Below are positions 1-9,502 of a stretch of DNA of 64,000 nt, one piece after another. The stretch's first letter is position 1; each line of letters starts with the position of its first letter. The notes beneath the pieces are model-generated. The model searched no databases. It was not told the origin of the DNA and saw only the letters and a program-made list of their open reading frames with translations. The DNA is taken from positions 7,712 through 71,711 of the forward strand of contig JBGASX010000011.1 in the NCBI GenBank assembly GCA_044229445.1. The letters are read 5' to 3'. Source of the DNA: Gemmatimonadales bacterium. GTDB taxonomy: Bacteria; Gemmatimonadota; Gemmatimonadetes; Gemmatimonadales; GWC2-71-9. Made by a program: the position numbers and the translations under genes.

Positions 1-705
1 GCCACGATCGAGCGGATCGGTAACTCCGGCGGCGAAGCAGCCGGCGATTACCGCAACCTCGCCGACGCCGCCTACGAGACCGAGGCCTTCGCGATCCACG
101 TCGCCTCCGCCTGCGCCACCTGGCGCGGCGGGCAGATCGAGCTCGGCTCCAACGAACGGCGACTGGTCGCCTTCTCGGTGAGCACGCAGTCGGCCTCGGA
201 ACTCTCCCGGGTCGCGAGCCTCGGCGATGCCGCGGCCCGCGTGACCCTCGTCCCAGATCGGCTGCTGCAGCCTTCCCTCGGGGCAGCGGTCTACTACGCG
301 CCGGGGGCGCGGTATGCCCGCTACGGCACCCGCACCGTCACCGGCGGCGAGGAGATCATCCGCCGCGGCACCGAGGACGACCGCTTCGACTGGGCCATCA
401 CCCTGGGGCTCGCCTGGCGGGGCCTCGGCGCCAATCCGCTTGGCCGCCCCACCCGGGCCCTCTGGCTCCCCGAGATCATGGTGAATCCGACCGGACATCT
501 CCGTGCCTTCGGGGTCGGCATCGGGGCCTCGTGGAGCTTCGTGAAACTCGGCGCGGGTGTCGTCTGGAGCCGGCACACCGTGCTCGACCGCCAGCATCCG
601 AGCGACATCCTGCCTGACAAAGAGTCGCTGCAGACGACCGACAGCTATCGCTCCCCGAAGCTGTACTTCAACCTGAGCGTCGTGGGGGTGCTGCCGTTTG
701 ACTGA
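1..705 (+). CDS. hypothetical protein, 5' end outside window
   Basis: Frame 1 is open from nt 1: the hand translation ATIERIGNSGGEAAGDYRNLADAAYETEAF... has no stop. It runs into track ORF 178..705, with stop TGA at 703-705. The C-terminus is ...KLYFNLSVVGVLPFD. Composition is coding-like, but no family was recognised. Confidence 0.55.
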   Translation, partial: ATIERIGNSGGEAAGDYRNLADAAYETEAFAIHVASACATWRGGQIELGSNERRLVAFSVSTQSASELSRVASLGDAAARVTLVPDRLLQPSLGAAVYYAPGARYARYGTRTVTGGEEIIRRGTEDDRFDWAITLGLAWRGLGANPLGRPTRALWLPEIMVNPTGHLRAFGVGIGASWSFVKLGAGVVWSRHTVLDRQHPSDILPDKESLQTTDSYRSPKLYFNLSVVGVLPFD

Positions 706-3700
706 TCATCGCCGACGCCGTCTTTCATTCGCGGCCGGTTTCGTGCTCATCGCATTCGCCTGGCTCGCCCCACGACAGGCGGCGGCGCAGGCGCAGGCAC
801 AATCGCCCGCCGAAGATTCCGTGGAGGCACTGCTTCACGACGGAGATAGCACCTGGGTCCTCGGCACCTCGGAGGGTGCTGCGCACGCTGCGGCGGCATG
901 GCGGGAGGCGTATCGGCGCTCGGTCCGCATCGGCAGTCTCCGGGGCGAAGCCTCCTCCGCGCTCCGACTGGGGGAACTCGCCCAGGCCTTGCAGCAACCC
1001 GACTCGGGGGTCGCGTATCTGCGCCGAGCGGCACTCCTGTTTGTCGAGTTGAGGGACTCGGTGCAGCAGGGCTCCGCGGAGAGCTCGCTCGCCATGGTCT
1101 ACCTGGATATGGGAGTGACGGATTCCGCCCGGGTCGTCGCCGGCCGGGCGATCCGCACCCTGGAACCACTCGGTCCCAGCGCAGAGCTGACCAGCGCGTA
1201 CCTGACTCGGAGTGGCGCAGAGTGGTCCCTGCGTGCGTTCGAGGCGAGCCGAGTGAGTGCGGCGAGCGCCCTGGCCTCCGCCAAGGCGACGGCCGACACC
1301 TCCGGTACCGGCTCGGCACTCTATCGCATCGGTCTCGCGTGGCAGTGGCTCAACCGCCCTGACTCGGCGGCGGCGAGCTTCGCGGAGGCGGCCCGCGTTG
1401 TTCCCGCGCCCGACGCGTGGCGGGGCTCAGACCATCCGCACACCCGGGCGGCAATCATGTACGCCGCGGCCGGCAAGCGGGAGCTGGCGCGCGAGCAGCT
1501 CGCCCGGCTCGCGGCGATTCTGCGCGCCGCCCACGACACGAGCGATCTCCCCGGCGCGATGCCGTACATCCGTGCCGCCGTGCAGCAGGATATGCTGCGC
1601 ACCCCGGAGGGATACGCCACCGCCCGCGGCTACTGGGAGACCGCGATTCTCCTCTATGACTTGAGCGGAGACCGGCGCGCCTACGCCGCCACCCTGCAGC
1701 TGATGGCGAACGGCCTGGCGGGCGACAACAAGCTCGATTCGGCCGTCGCCGTGCTGCGCAAGGCACTCCCGATTCAACTCGAGATGCACGATTCGGCGCT
1801 CGCGGGCGCTACCATGTCGCTGCTCGGCGCGGTCCTCACCGACCTCCACCGCGGCGATGCGGCGCTCGCACCACTCACCCGGGCGCGAGACACCTTCCGG
1901 TCGCTGCATGACAATGCGCTGCTCGCCCTCGCCCTCGAGCGGCTGGCGCGGGCCTACTACTCGCTCAACCGCACGGCGGACGCGGGGCCCCAACTCGCCG
2001 AGGCGGCCCTGGCGCGACTCTCCGTGCCCGACTCTGGCATGGCGCAGACCGACTGGGGCGGGGCCGGCAACATGTTCTACTACGCCCACCGCCGCCCGGA
2101 GGCGGTTAGCGCGTACCGGCAGGAGGCCGCGCTCGCGCGCGCACTCGGCGACACGGCCGCCGCGGGCAAGGCCTTCGCCAACGTCGGGTTCGTCGAGAGT
2201 GAACTCTTCGCGTTCGATTCCGCCCTGGTCGCCTTTCGCACCGGGCTGCCATTCGTCCGCGCCGCCCGCGACAGCAGGCTCGAACTCCTGATCCTTCGAA
2301 GCATGGGAGAGGCCTACTACCGCGTCACCCAGCTCGACTCTTCTGTGACCGTTCTCCGGAGCGCCATCGCGCTGGCGACGACGCTCCGCGACAGCTCGTC
2401 TCTCGCGGTCGCCCATAACGACCTCGGCACCACCTTCGACGAGATGGGCCGCCCCGACTCGGCACTCGCGCACCTTCGTCAGTCGCTTCCGATCTCGCTC
2501 ACCGGGCAAAACTTCCGGCTGGCCGGCACCACCTCCACCAACATCGGCAACATCCTGAGTCATCAGCCCGCCACCCGCGATTCGGCCCTCTGGTATTACC
2601 GCCAGGGCCTCACCTGGCAGCTGCAGGCGAAGGACACCGCGAACGCCGGCGTCACCCTCGGCAACATCGCGAGCTGGTTCGGCCCGATGCAGCCCGACTC
2701 CGCGCTCCGCTACTACCGCCGCGCGCTCACTTTCCGTCGCGCCGCCGGAGACCAGCCGGGAGAGGCGATCGTGCTGAGCAAGCTCGGCCAGATGCTCAGC
2801 TTCACCGGACAGGCGGATTCCGCCCGCCGCACGCTCGAGGCCGCCCTCACCGGTCTGCGCGCGGTCCGCGCCCGCGGCTACGAGGTGATCGCCCTCGCTG
2901 ATCTCGCCCATCTCTACCACCGGGATCCGAAGCTCCGGAACCTCGCACGCGCCGTCGCCTACTACGACTCCGCCATGACGCTGAGCACGGCGATCGCCGC
3001 CTCGGCTGGCGGCGATGCCGACCGGGTCGTCTATCGGGAGAATGCCACCGACGTCGTCGAGGACTGGGCGCTTGCCTGGATCGCCCGAGCCAAGGAAGGG
3101 ATCGATCCCGGTGTCGCCGCACGCGCCGCCCTCGGCGTTGCGGAACGGGGCCGGGCACAGGCACTGCTGCAGCTCATGCACGGTGGCTCACCGGCCACGC
3201 AATCCGCCGCCACCCTCAGCGACGAAGCGTGGGACGTGACGCGGGTGACGGCGCGACCGGGCACCGCGCTCGCCGTCTATCTCGTCACCCGGGACACCCT
3301 GCTCCTCTGGGTGACGGCACCCGGCGCCGAGCGCGGAGTCCTGCTCTCGCTCCCGATCCCGCGGGACGCGCTGACCGATCTGGTCGCGCAGTATCGCGCG
3401 GCGATCGGTGTCTCCGGGGGCACGGTGGCGGCACGGCTCTCGGCCCGCTCGGCACCGCTCGAGGATCTCGAGCGCTCCGGTACCGCCGGCGCGTCGGGAG
3501 CATCGGGGGGTGCAGCCTCACCGGCCGCCGCGGGGAAGGCGCTCGCCGATGCGATCCTGGGGCCGCGCCTTCTCCACTACCTCGAAGGAGTGCGAGAGCT
3601 GGTGATCGTGCCGCACGGCGCGCTCGCCATGGTGCCCTTCGGCGCCTTGACCATCCCCGGTGACTCACTGCCACTCGGGCAGCGAGTTGCGGTGCGCTAC

Positions 3701-4417
3701 GCACCGTCGCTTGCCGTGCTGTTCGCCGCGGAGCAGCGAGCCGGCGCGCCCGGCGACCGCCCGCCACCGGGAGGCTGGCCCGGCACGATCGTGGTCGGCA
3801 ATCCACGGATGCCGACGGTGCGGACCCGCGACCAGGCGGTCCAACTGAGCCAGCTCCCGGGTGCAGCGGTGGAGGGACGATGGGTCGCGTCGCGGCTCAA
3901 GGTCGCGGCGCTCACCGACACGGCGGCCAGCGAGTCCTCCATTCAGGCCCGGCTCGCTCGTGCGCCACTCATCCATCTCGCCACGCACGGCTATGCCTAC
4001 GCGACCGAGGCGCAGTCGCGGGAGTCCTTCGTCGCGCTCGCCCCGGGGGCCGGACAGGACGGCCTGCTGACGGTCGGAGAGTTGCTCGACGATCCGGCGC
4101 TCACACTCACCGCGGAGCTCGTCGTCCTCTCCGCCTGTCAGACCGGACTCGGCGATCTGAAGCAGGCCGAGGGGACGGTCGGCCTGCAGCGTGCGTTCCT
4201 TGCACGCGGAGCGCGGAGCGTGCTGGTCAGTCTCTGGAACGTCAGCGATGAAGCGACCTCGCTCCTGATGCAGCGCTTCTATACGCACTGGCTCGAGGAC
4301 AGCGACAAGCCGTCGCGCGCGGAGTCGCTCCGGCGCGCCCAGGGCGACGTACGCGCGCGGCCGGAGTTCCGCGACCCGCGCTTCTGGGCAGCGTTCCAAT
4401 TGGTCGGCGCGAGCTGA
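698..4417 (+). CDS. TPR-repeat protein with C-terminal CHAT (caspase-like peptidase) domain and N-terminal signal/anchor
   Basis: 1239-aa ORF with a TTG start that overlaps the previous stop by 8 nt. The N-terminus RRRRLSFAAGFVLIAFAWLAPRQAAAQAQA is signal-peptide-like. A long Ala/Leu-rich region looks like TPR repeats. The C-terminal block LIHLATHGY...LVVLSACQTGLG...GLQRAFLARGARSVLVSLWNVSD matches the His/Cys region of CHAT domains. Confidence 0.85.
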   Translation: MTDHRRRRLSFAAGFVLIAFAWLAPRQAAAQAQAQSPAEDSVEALLHDGDSTWVLGTSEGAAHAAAAWREAYRRSVRIGSLRGEASSALRLGELAQALQQPDSGVAYLRRAALLFVELRDSVQQGSAESSLAMVYLDMGVTDSARVVAGRAIRTLEPLGPSAELTSAYLTRSGAEWSLRAFEASRVSAASALASAKATADTSGTGSALYRIGLAWQWLNRPDSAAASFAEAARVVPAPDAWRGSDHPHTRAAIMYAAAGKRELAREQLARLAAILRAAHDTSDLPGAMPYIRAAVQQDMLRTPEGYATARGYWETAILLYDLSGDRRAYAATLQLMANGLAGDNKLDSAVAVLRKALPIQLEMHDSALAGATMSLLGAVLTDLHRGDAALAPLTRARDTFRSLHDNALLALALERLARAYYSLNRTADAGPQLAEAALARLSVPDSGMAQTDWGGAGNMFYYAHRRPEAVSAYRQEAALARALGDTAAAGKAFANVGFVESELFAFDSALVAFRTGLPFVRAARDSRLELLILRSMGEAYYRVTQLDSSVTVLRSAIALATTLRDSSSLAVAHNDLGTTFDEMGRPDSALAHLRQSLPISLTGQNFRLAGTTSTNIGNILSHQPATRDSALWYYRQGLTWQLQAKDTANAGVTLGNIASWFGPMQPDSALRYYRRALTFRRAAGDQPGEAIVLSKLGQMLSFTGQADSARRTLEAALTGLRAVRARGYEVIALADLAHLYHRDPKLRNLARAVAYYDSAMTLSTAIAASAGGDADRVVYRENATDVVEDWALAWIARAKEGIDPGVAARAALGVAERGRAQALLQLMHGGSPATQSAATLSDEAWDVTRVTARPGTALAVYLVTRDTLLLWVTAPGAERGVLLSLPIPRDALTDLVAQYRAAIGVSGGTVAARLSARSAPLEDLERSGTAGASGASGGAASPAAAGKALADAILGPRLLHYLEGVRELVIVPHGALAMVPFGALTIPGDSLPLGQRVAVRYAPSLAVLFAAEQRAGAPGDRPPPGGWPGTIVVGNPRMPTVRTRDQAVQLSQLPGAAVEGRWVASRLKVAALTDTAASESSIQARLARAPLIHLATHGYAYATEAQSRESFVALAPGAGQDGLLTVGELLDDPALTLTAELVVLSACQTGLGDLKQAEGTVGLQRAFLARGARSVLVSLWNVSDEATSLLMQRFYTHWLEDSDKPSRAESLRRAQGDVRARPEFRDPRFWAAFQLVGAS

Positions 4418-4506
4418 GGCCGACCGCACAATCTTCCGCCGACGTTACGAACCCTCCACCAGGCCATCACAGCCCCGTCACACCCGCGCGCCTCACGAAA
4501 CCACTC

Positions 4507-5640
4507 GTGCGGCGCCACCGTACGCGGCGGAACTCACTCGCCGCGGAGACCACCGTGCGTCGCCTGTCACTCCTCACCTTGCTGCTGCTCACCAGTTCCC
4601 GGCTCACGCCGCTCGCCGCCGAACCCGCCTACCGCACCCACCGCGTCGTGCAGCTCGCCGACGGGGTCTACGGCTTCCTCTGGCGCGAGGCCGCCGTCGC
4701 TCCCGAACCCAACGTCCTCATCATCATCAACGATCGTGACGTCGTCGTGGTGGACGCGGATCTGTACCCCTCCTCGGCGCGGACCATCGTCCGGGAGATC
4801 AAGCGCCTCACCCGCAAACCGGTGCGCTACGTGGTGAACACCCACTGGCATGGCGACCATCTCTACGGCAACAGCGTCTTCCGGGATGCCTGGCCGGGGG
4901 TCGAGTTCGTCGCGCATGCCAACACCCGCGCCGACGCGGAGACCCGCGCCTTCCCCGACATTCCGAAGGTCGTCGCCGAGAACCGCGCCTCACTCGCGCA
5001 GGTGAAGGAGATCGCCCGCACCGGGAAGAACCCCGACGGCAGTGCCGGCTCGCCCGCAGGGCTCGCCTTCCTCCGGAACGAGGTACTGCCCGAACTCGAG
5101 CTCTACGTGCAGGAGATTCCGAAGGTCTGCCCCGTCCTCCCCGACCTCACCTTCACCGACAGCCTCGTGTTCCATCGCGGCGCCCGCACCATCGCGCTCC
5201 ACTACCTCGGGCTCGGCAACACCCGCGGTGATGTCGTCGTCTGGCTTCCGTCGGAACGGATCCTCGCCACCGGTGACCTCGTCGTCGCCCCGACGCCGTT
5301 CGGCATGGGCTCCTGGTACGCAGAGTGGGCGGGGACCCTCGATCGCCTCGCCGCCTTCGATGCGCAGACCCTCTTCCTCGGTCACGGCGCGATGCAGCAT
5401 GACGCGACCTACGTTCACCAGCTCCGCGACCTGCTCAACGCGCTCGTGCGCCGGGTGAAGGCGCAGGTGGATAGCGGCGCCACACTCGAGGAGGTGCAGC
5501 GGAGCGTGACGCTCAAGGACTGGGAGGCGACGTTTGCGGGGGAGGACCGGCTCAAGCGGCAGGCATTCCAGGAGTTCTTCGTGCAGCCGGCGGTGGAACG
5601 TACCTGGCATCAGCTCAGGGGTGACCCCGACAGCGAGTAG
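4507..5640 (+). CDS. MBL-fold metallo-hydrolase, probably secreted
   Basis: The HxHxDH motif is present in VVNTHWHGDHLYGN. A hydrophobic N-terminal segment LSLLTLLLLTSSRLTPLAA is present. The start is uncertain: GTG at 4507, with an alternative GTG near 4555. Confidence 0.8.
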   Translation: MRRHRTRRNSLAAETTVRRLSLLTLLLLTSSRLTPLAAEPAYRTHRVVQLADGVYGFLWREAAVAPEPNVLIIINDRDVVVVDADLYPSSARTIVREIKRLTRKPVRYVVNTHWHGDHLYGNSVFRDAWPGVEFVAHANTRADAETRAFPDIPKVVAENRASLAQVKEIARTGKNPDGSAGSPAGLAFLRNEVLPELELYVQEIPKVCPVLPDLTFTDSLVFHRGARTIALHYLGLGNTRGDVVVWLPSERILATGDLVVAPTPFGMGSWYAEWAGTLDRLAAFDAQTLFLGHGAMQHDATYVHQLRDLLNALVRRVKAQVDSGATLEEVQRSVTLKDWEATFAGEDRLKRQAFQEFFVQPAVERTWHQLRGDPDSE

Positions 5641-5650
5641 ACGCCTTTGC

Positions 5651-6394
5651 CTACTCCCAGCGGAACACCCGCGAGGAGAATGCCGTGCAGAGCACGAAGA
5701 CCAGCGCAAGCGCCGCGAGATCGCCGAGGTGCGCGCTCCAGGGATCGCCGTTCCAGATGCCGGTCAGCAGCGATACCGAGTAGGTGAGCGGCATGCAGCG
5801 GGCGACCAGGTTGAGTGCCGGGGGCAGCGCCTCCACCGGGATGAAGATTCCGGAGAGCGCGATCATCGGATACAGGAACGCGCCGCCGACCGGCTGCGCG
5901 AACCGCGCGGTGGGCACCACACTCGCCACGATGAAGCCGATCGAGAGAATGCTGAAGGTGCTGATGAGGAGCGCGAGGAGGAAGCTCGCGACCGGCACCC
6001 CGGCGCCGATCGGTGCGAAGCGCCGCCCCGCGAGCATCACCGCCACCAGCGTGAGCGCCGTGAGCAGCAGCTTCACCACGACGTGGGCGGAGAGAATCGT
6101 CTGTGGCCGGAGCGGCGTCGCGCGCAGGCGCCGGAGAATCCCGCCCTCGCGGTAGACGGCGATGATCGTCACCAGCGACAGGACGGCGCTGATGCTGATC
6201 AGGAGCGCCGCGAGCACCGGCACGGGAACCTGCAGCATGCTGCTCGCGGGGGAGGCCTCGGGCTTCGGTCCGGCGGCCTTGCCGAAGATGAAATAGACCA
6301 GCACCGGCAGGACGATCGTGCCGATCGCCCCCATCGGCTCGCGCAGGAAGATCTTGAGCTCGAGCCAGACCAGTTGCCAGAGTCCGCGCAGCAT
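5651..6394 (-). CDS. ABC-2 type transporter permease
   Basis: Six hydrophobic segments with an ABC-2-like layout. It lies 10 nt downstream of the ATPase stop. I prefer ATG 6394 (MLRGLWQLVWLELKIF...) over the track start 6445, which would overlap the ATPase gene. Confidence 0.8.
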   Translation of the reverse strand: MLRGLWQLVWLELKIFLREPMGAIGTIVLPVLVYFIFGKAAGPKPEASPASSMLQVPVPVLAALLISISAVLSLVTIIAVYREGGILRRLRATPLRPQTILSAHVVVKLLLTALTLVAVMLAGRRFAPIGAGVPVASFLLALLISTFSILSIGFIVASVVPTARFAQPVGGAFLYPMIALSGIFIPVEALPPALNLVARCMPLTYSVSLLTGIWNGDPWSAHLGDLAALALVFVLCTAFSSRVFRWE

Positions 6395-6404
6395 GTGGGG
6401 GCGC

Positions 6405-7265
6405 CTAGTCGCGGATCGAGTGGCCGGTGAGCCGGAGGAAGACATCCTCCAGCGTCGGCAGCACGGTGCGGAACTCGGTGATCCGGATCCGGTGCTCCGA
6501 GATGCAGCGGATCACGTCGGTGACGAACTCCTCGCCGTGACCCCGCAGGGTGAACTCCCCCTTCGCCTCGTTCGCCGCCTCCAGATTCGGAATCGCCGCA
6601 AACCACTCAGCGGCCCCCTGATCACCGGTCGCGACAATCACCGAACGCTCGGGGCAGTGCTTCGCGACCAGCCGCGCCGGCGAGTCGAGGTCGATGATCC
6701 GGCCATGCTCGATGATCGCCACCCGGTCGCAGAGGCGCTCCGCCTCCTCCATCAGATGGGTGGTGAGAAAGACGGTGCGGCCCCGGTCGCGCATGTCGCG
6801 CACCAGGTCCCAGATCGCCCGGCGCGACTGCGGGTCGAGGCCGGTGGTGAGTTCGTCGAGGAAGACCACCTCGGGATCGTTGATCAGCGCGAGCGCGATG
6901 AAGAGCCGCTGCTTCTGCCCGCCCGACAGCGTCATGAACCAGGCGTTGCGCTTCTCGGTGAGGCCGAGCTGCTCGAGCAGCCGCTCCCCGTCGGTCGTCT
7001 TCTTCTTGTAGAGCGAGGCCCAGAGGTGGACCGCCTCCCACACCTTGATCCGCTTCTGCAGCTGGGCCTGTTGCAGCTGCACCCCGATCCGCTCCTGCAA
7101 CTGATACACGTCGCGGAACGGATCGAGGCCGAGCACCGTGATGCGCCCGCGGTCGGGGCGGCGGAGTCCCTCCACGCATTCCATCGTGGTGGTCTTGCCG
7201 GCGCCGTTCGGGCCGATGAGGCCGAAGATCTCGCCGTCCTGGACGTCGAACGAGACGTCGTCCAC
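6405..7265 (-). CDS. ABC transporter ATP-binding protein
   Basis: Walker A GPNGAGKTT, signature LSGGQKQR and Walker B VVFLDELTTGLD are present. The track start (GTG 7265) leaves only about 15 aa before Walker A. The conserved N-terminal strand continues upstream without an ATG/GTG/TTG codon (see finding). Confidence 0.85.
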   Translation of the reverse strand: MDDVSFDVQDGEIFGLIGPNGAGKTTTMECVEGLRRPDRGRITVLGLDPFRDVYQLQERIGVQLQQAQLQKRIKVWEAVHLWASLYKKKTTDGERLLEQLGLTEKRNAWFMTLSGGQKQRLFIALALINDPEVVFLDELTTGLDPQSRRAIWDLVRDMRDRGRTVFLTTHLMEEAERLCDRVAIIEHGRIIDLDSPARLVAKHCPERSVIVATGDQGAAEWFAAIPNLEAANEAKGEFTLRGHGEEFVTDVIRCISEHRIRITEFRTVLPTLEDVFLRLTGHSIRD

Positions 7266-7321
7266 GGCGACGAGATCGCCGTAGCTGCGCCGGATGCCGA
7301 CGACCTGAATGACGGGAGCGG

Positions 7322-9280
7322 TCAGGGCGTCGTCACCAGCGGGAGTTCGACGTAGCTCGCCTGCCCCGCGGCGTGATAGATCCGCTCGGTCGCCTTGCGG
7401 TAGTCGCCTGGTTTGGCCCAGAAGATGTTCGGCACGAAGGTCTGCGGGTTCCGGTCGTAGAGCGGGAACCAGCTCGACTGCACCTGCACCATGATCCGGT
7501 GGCCCGGCAGGAAGACATGATTCGCCGTTGGAAGCGCGAACTGGTACAGCAGCGGCTGGTTCGGCGCGATCGGCTTCGGGGTCTCGAGGCTCTCGCGGTA
7601 ACGGCCGCGGAAGATGTCCGCCGCCACCATGAGCTGGTATCCGCCCATCTTCGGCTGCTCGGCGACTTCATCGGGATAGACGTCGATCAGCTTCACCACC
7701 CAGTCGGCGTCGGTGCCGTCGGTCGCGGCGATGAGATGCGCCACCGGCTGCCCGCTGATCTTCACCGGCGCCGTCAGCACTTCCGAGGTGAACGCCACGA
7801 CATCGGGACGGCCGGACGCCTCGCGCTGGTCGTCGACCAGCCAGTGTTCCCAGGTGAACTCCCCGCCGTACCCCACCGGCTGGATCGGCCGGGCGCGGAA
7901 CGGCACCGGCTTGGCGGGATCGGAGATGTACTCGTCGTAGGCGGCTCCACCGGCGGCGGGCGCCGTGAACGAGAGGCCGAGCCCGCTCCGGAGATAGAGC
8001 GGCGTCGCCTTCGTGGTGCAGCCCGAGGCGCACCCGGCCGGCCACGCCGGGAGCCGGCGCCAGGTGTTCGTTCCGGTCTCGAAGGCGGTGACCGGAGCGA
8101 TGTCCGCCTTCGGTGCGCCGTCCTTCAGGTACTGATCGAGGAAGGGCCGCAGCACCTGCTGCCGGAAGTAGAGCGCGGTGTTGCTGTTGAAGCGGAGCGC
8201 ACCGAGTTCGCTCCCCTCCCCGATCTCCTGGCCGTGATACCAGGGGCCGAGCACCAGGTACACCATGTTGTTGCCGCTGTCCTTCGGCTTGATGGCGCGG
8301 TAGACCGCGGGGGCGCCATAGATGTCCTCCTGGTCCCAGAGGCTGTGGACCAGCATGACCGGCACCTTGAGCGGCTGGGCCGCGAGCAGCTTGTCCATCG
8401 CCTGGTCCCGCCAGAAGGCGTCGTAGCTCGGGTGCGCGAGCACCTTGCGCCAGAAGCCGCTCTGCTCGAGGCCGCGGCGCTTGCCCAGCTCGCCGGCCGA
8501 TCCCGCCTCCATGTACATGTCGTAGTCGTCGAAGTTGCTTGTCCACCACCGCGCCGAGTTGTCGCGGGTCACCACCTGCTCGTAGATGTACGGCATGTTC
8601 TGCTGCCGGAAGGCGCCGTTGTGGAACCAGTCGTCCCCCATCCAGCCGTCGACCATCGGGTTCATCGGCACCGCCACCTTGAGGGCGGGGTGCGGGTTGA
8701 TGAGGGCCATCAGCGGCAGGAAGCCGTCGTAGGAGATGCCGAGGATCCCGACCTTGCCGTTGGTCTCGGGGATGTTCTTCACCAGCCAGTCGATCGTGTC
8801 CCAGGTGTCGGTCGAGTGATCGACCGGCGTCGGATTCTGCGGGCCATGCAGCGGCCGGTTCATCACGTAGTCGCCCTCGGAGCCGTACTTGCCACGGACA
8901 TCCTGGACCACGCGGATGTAGCCGCCGTCGACGATCACATCGGTCGCGTTGTCGTAGCCGTAGAGGCTGGACGCGAGATGGGAGCTGTGCGCGTTCGTGG
9001 TGAGCGCGTTGGCATCGTACGGTGTGCGGGTGAGCAGGGTCGGCGCCCCCTTCGCCCCGTCCGGCACGAGGATCACCGTGTGCAGCTTGACCCCGTCCCG
9101 CATCGGGATCATCACCTCCCGGCGGACGTAGTCGAAGCCGTCGTTCGGCACGTTCAGCGTGGCCGGAGTCTCGCTCGGATAGGCGGGATACTGCGCGGCG
9201 GGCGCGACCTGCGCGGCGACCGGCGTGGCAATCAGCAGGGCGCCAACCAGCGGCAGCACGCCTGATGGGGTACGGGCCAT
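7322..9280 (-). CDS. CocE/NonD family hydrolase (S15 X-Pro dipeptidyl-peptidase-like), secreted
   Basis: 652-aa ORF with signal peptide LPLVGALLIATPVAAQVA. The nucleophile elbow is GILGISYDGF. The overall length and the C-terminal beta-domain pattern are typical of CocE/NonD hydrolases. Confidence 0.8.
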   Translation of the reverse strand: MARTPSGVLPLVGALLIATPVAAQVAPAAQYPAYPSETPATLNVPNDGFDYVRREVMIPMRDGVKLHTVILVPDGAKGAPTLLTRTPYDANALTTNAHSSHLASSLYGYDNATDVIVDGGYIRVVQDVRGKYGSEGDYVMNRPLHGPQNPTPVDHSTDTWDTIDWLVKNIPETNGKVGILGISYDGFLPLMALINPHPALKVAVPMNPMVDGWMGDDWFHNGAFRQQNMPYIYEQVVTRDNSARWWTSNFDDYDMYMEAGSAGELGKRRGLEQSGFWRKVLAHPSYDAFWRDQAMDKLLAAQPLKVPVMLVHSLWDQEDIYGAPAVYRAIKPKDSGNNMVYLVLGPWYHGQEIGEGSELGALRFNSNTALYFRQQVLRPFLDQYLKDGAPKADIAPVTAFETGTNTWRRLPAWPAGCASGCTTKATPLYLRSGLGLSFTAPAAGGAAYDEYISDPAKPVPFRARPIQPVGYGGEFTWEHWLVDDQREASGRPDVVAFTSEVLTAPVKISGQPVAHLIAATDGTDADWVVKLIDVYPDEVAEQPKMGGYQLMVAADIFRGRYRESLETPKPIAPNQPLLYQFALPTANHVFLPGHRIMVQVQSSWFPLYDRNPQTFVPNIFWAKPGDYRKATERIYHAAGQASYVELPLVTTP

Positions 9281-9502
9281 CTCTGCTCTCCTTGGTGTGC
9301 GGATCGCCGGGCGGGTGACTCAGTGCGGATGAATCAAGTTGACTGGAGCGAGGGCGATTCGCCAGCGTCGCCGGGAGCTCGTCACTGCCGGCGTCGGCCA
9401 GCCCCGGATTCCACCGCAAGAAACGGGAGGCGCGGACGCCGGTAATCGCCCATCTTTGTCCGGCCTCTCACCCCCCGGACTCGCACGGAGCCATTTCGTC
9501 CC

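Noticed and set aside
1427-3181. 584-aa minus-strand ORF (and several 100-190-aa ORFs) antisense to the TPR-CHAT gene
   Set aside because: The products are Arg/Gly/Pro/Glu-rich with no motifs. The ORFs lie entirely inside a well-supported plus-strand gene. This is the typical stop-poor antisense frame of high-GC DNA.
7373-9419. 630-aa plus-strand ORF and 583-aa minus-strand alternative-frame ORF over the CocE/NonD peptidase gene
   Set aside because: Their composition is shadow-like (runs of R, H, G and P). The 7322..9280 frame carries the signal peptide and the GxSYxG motif.
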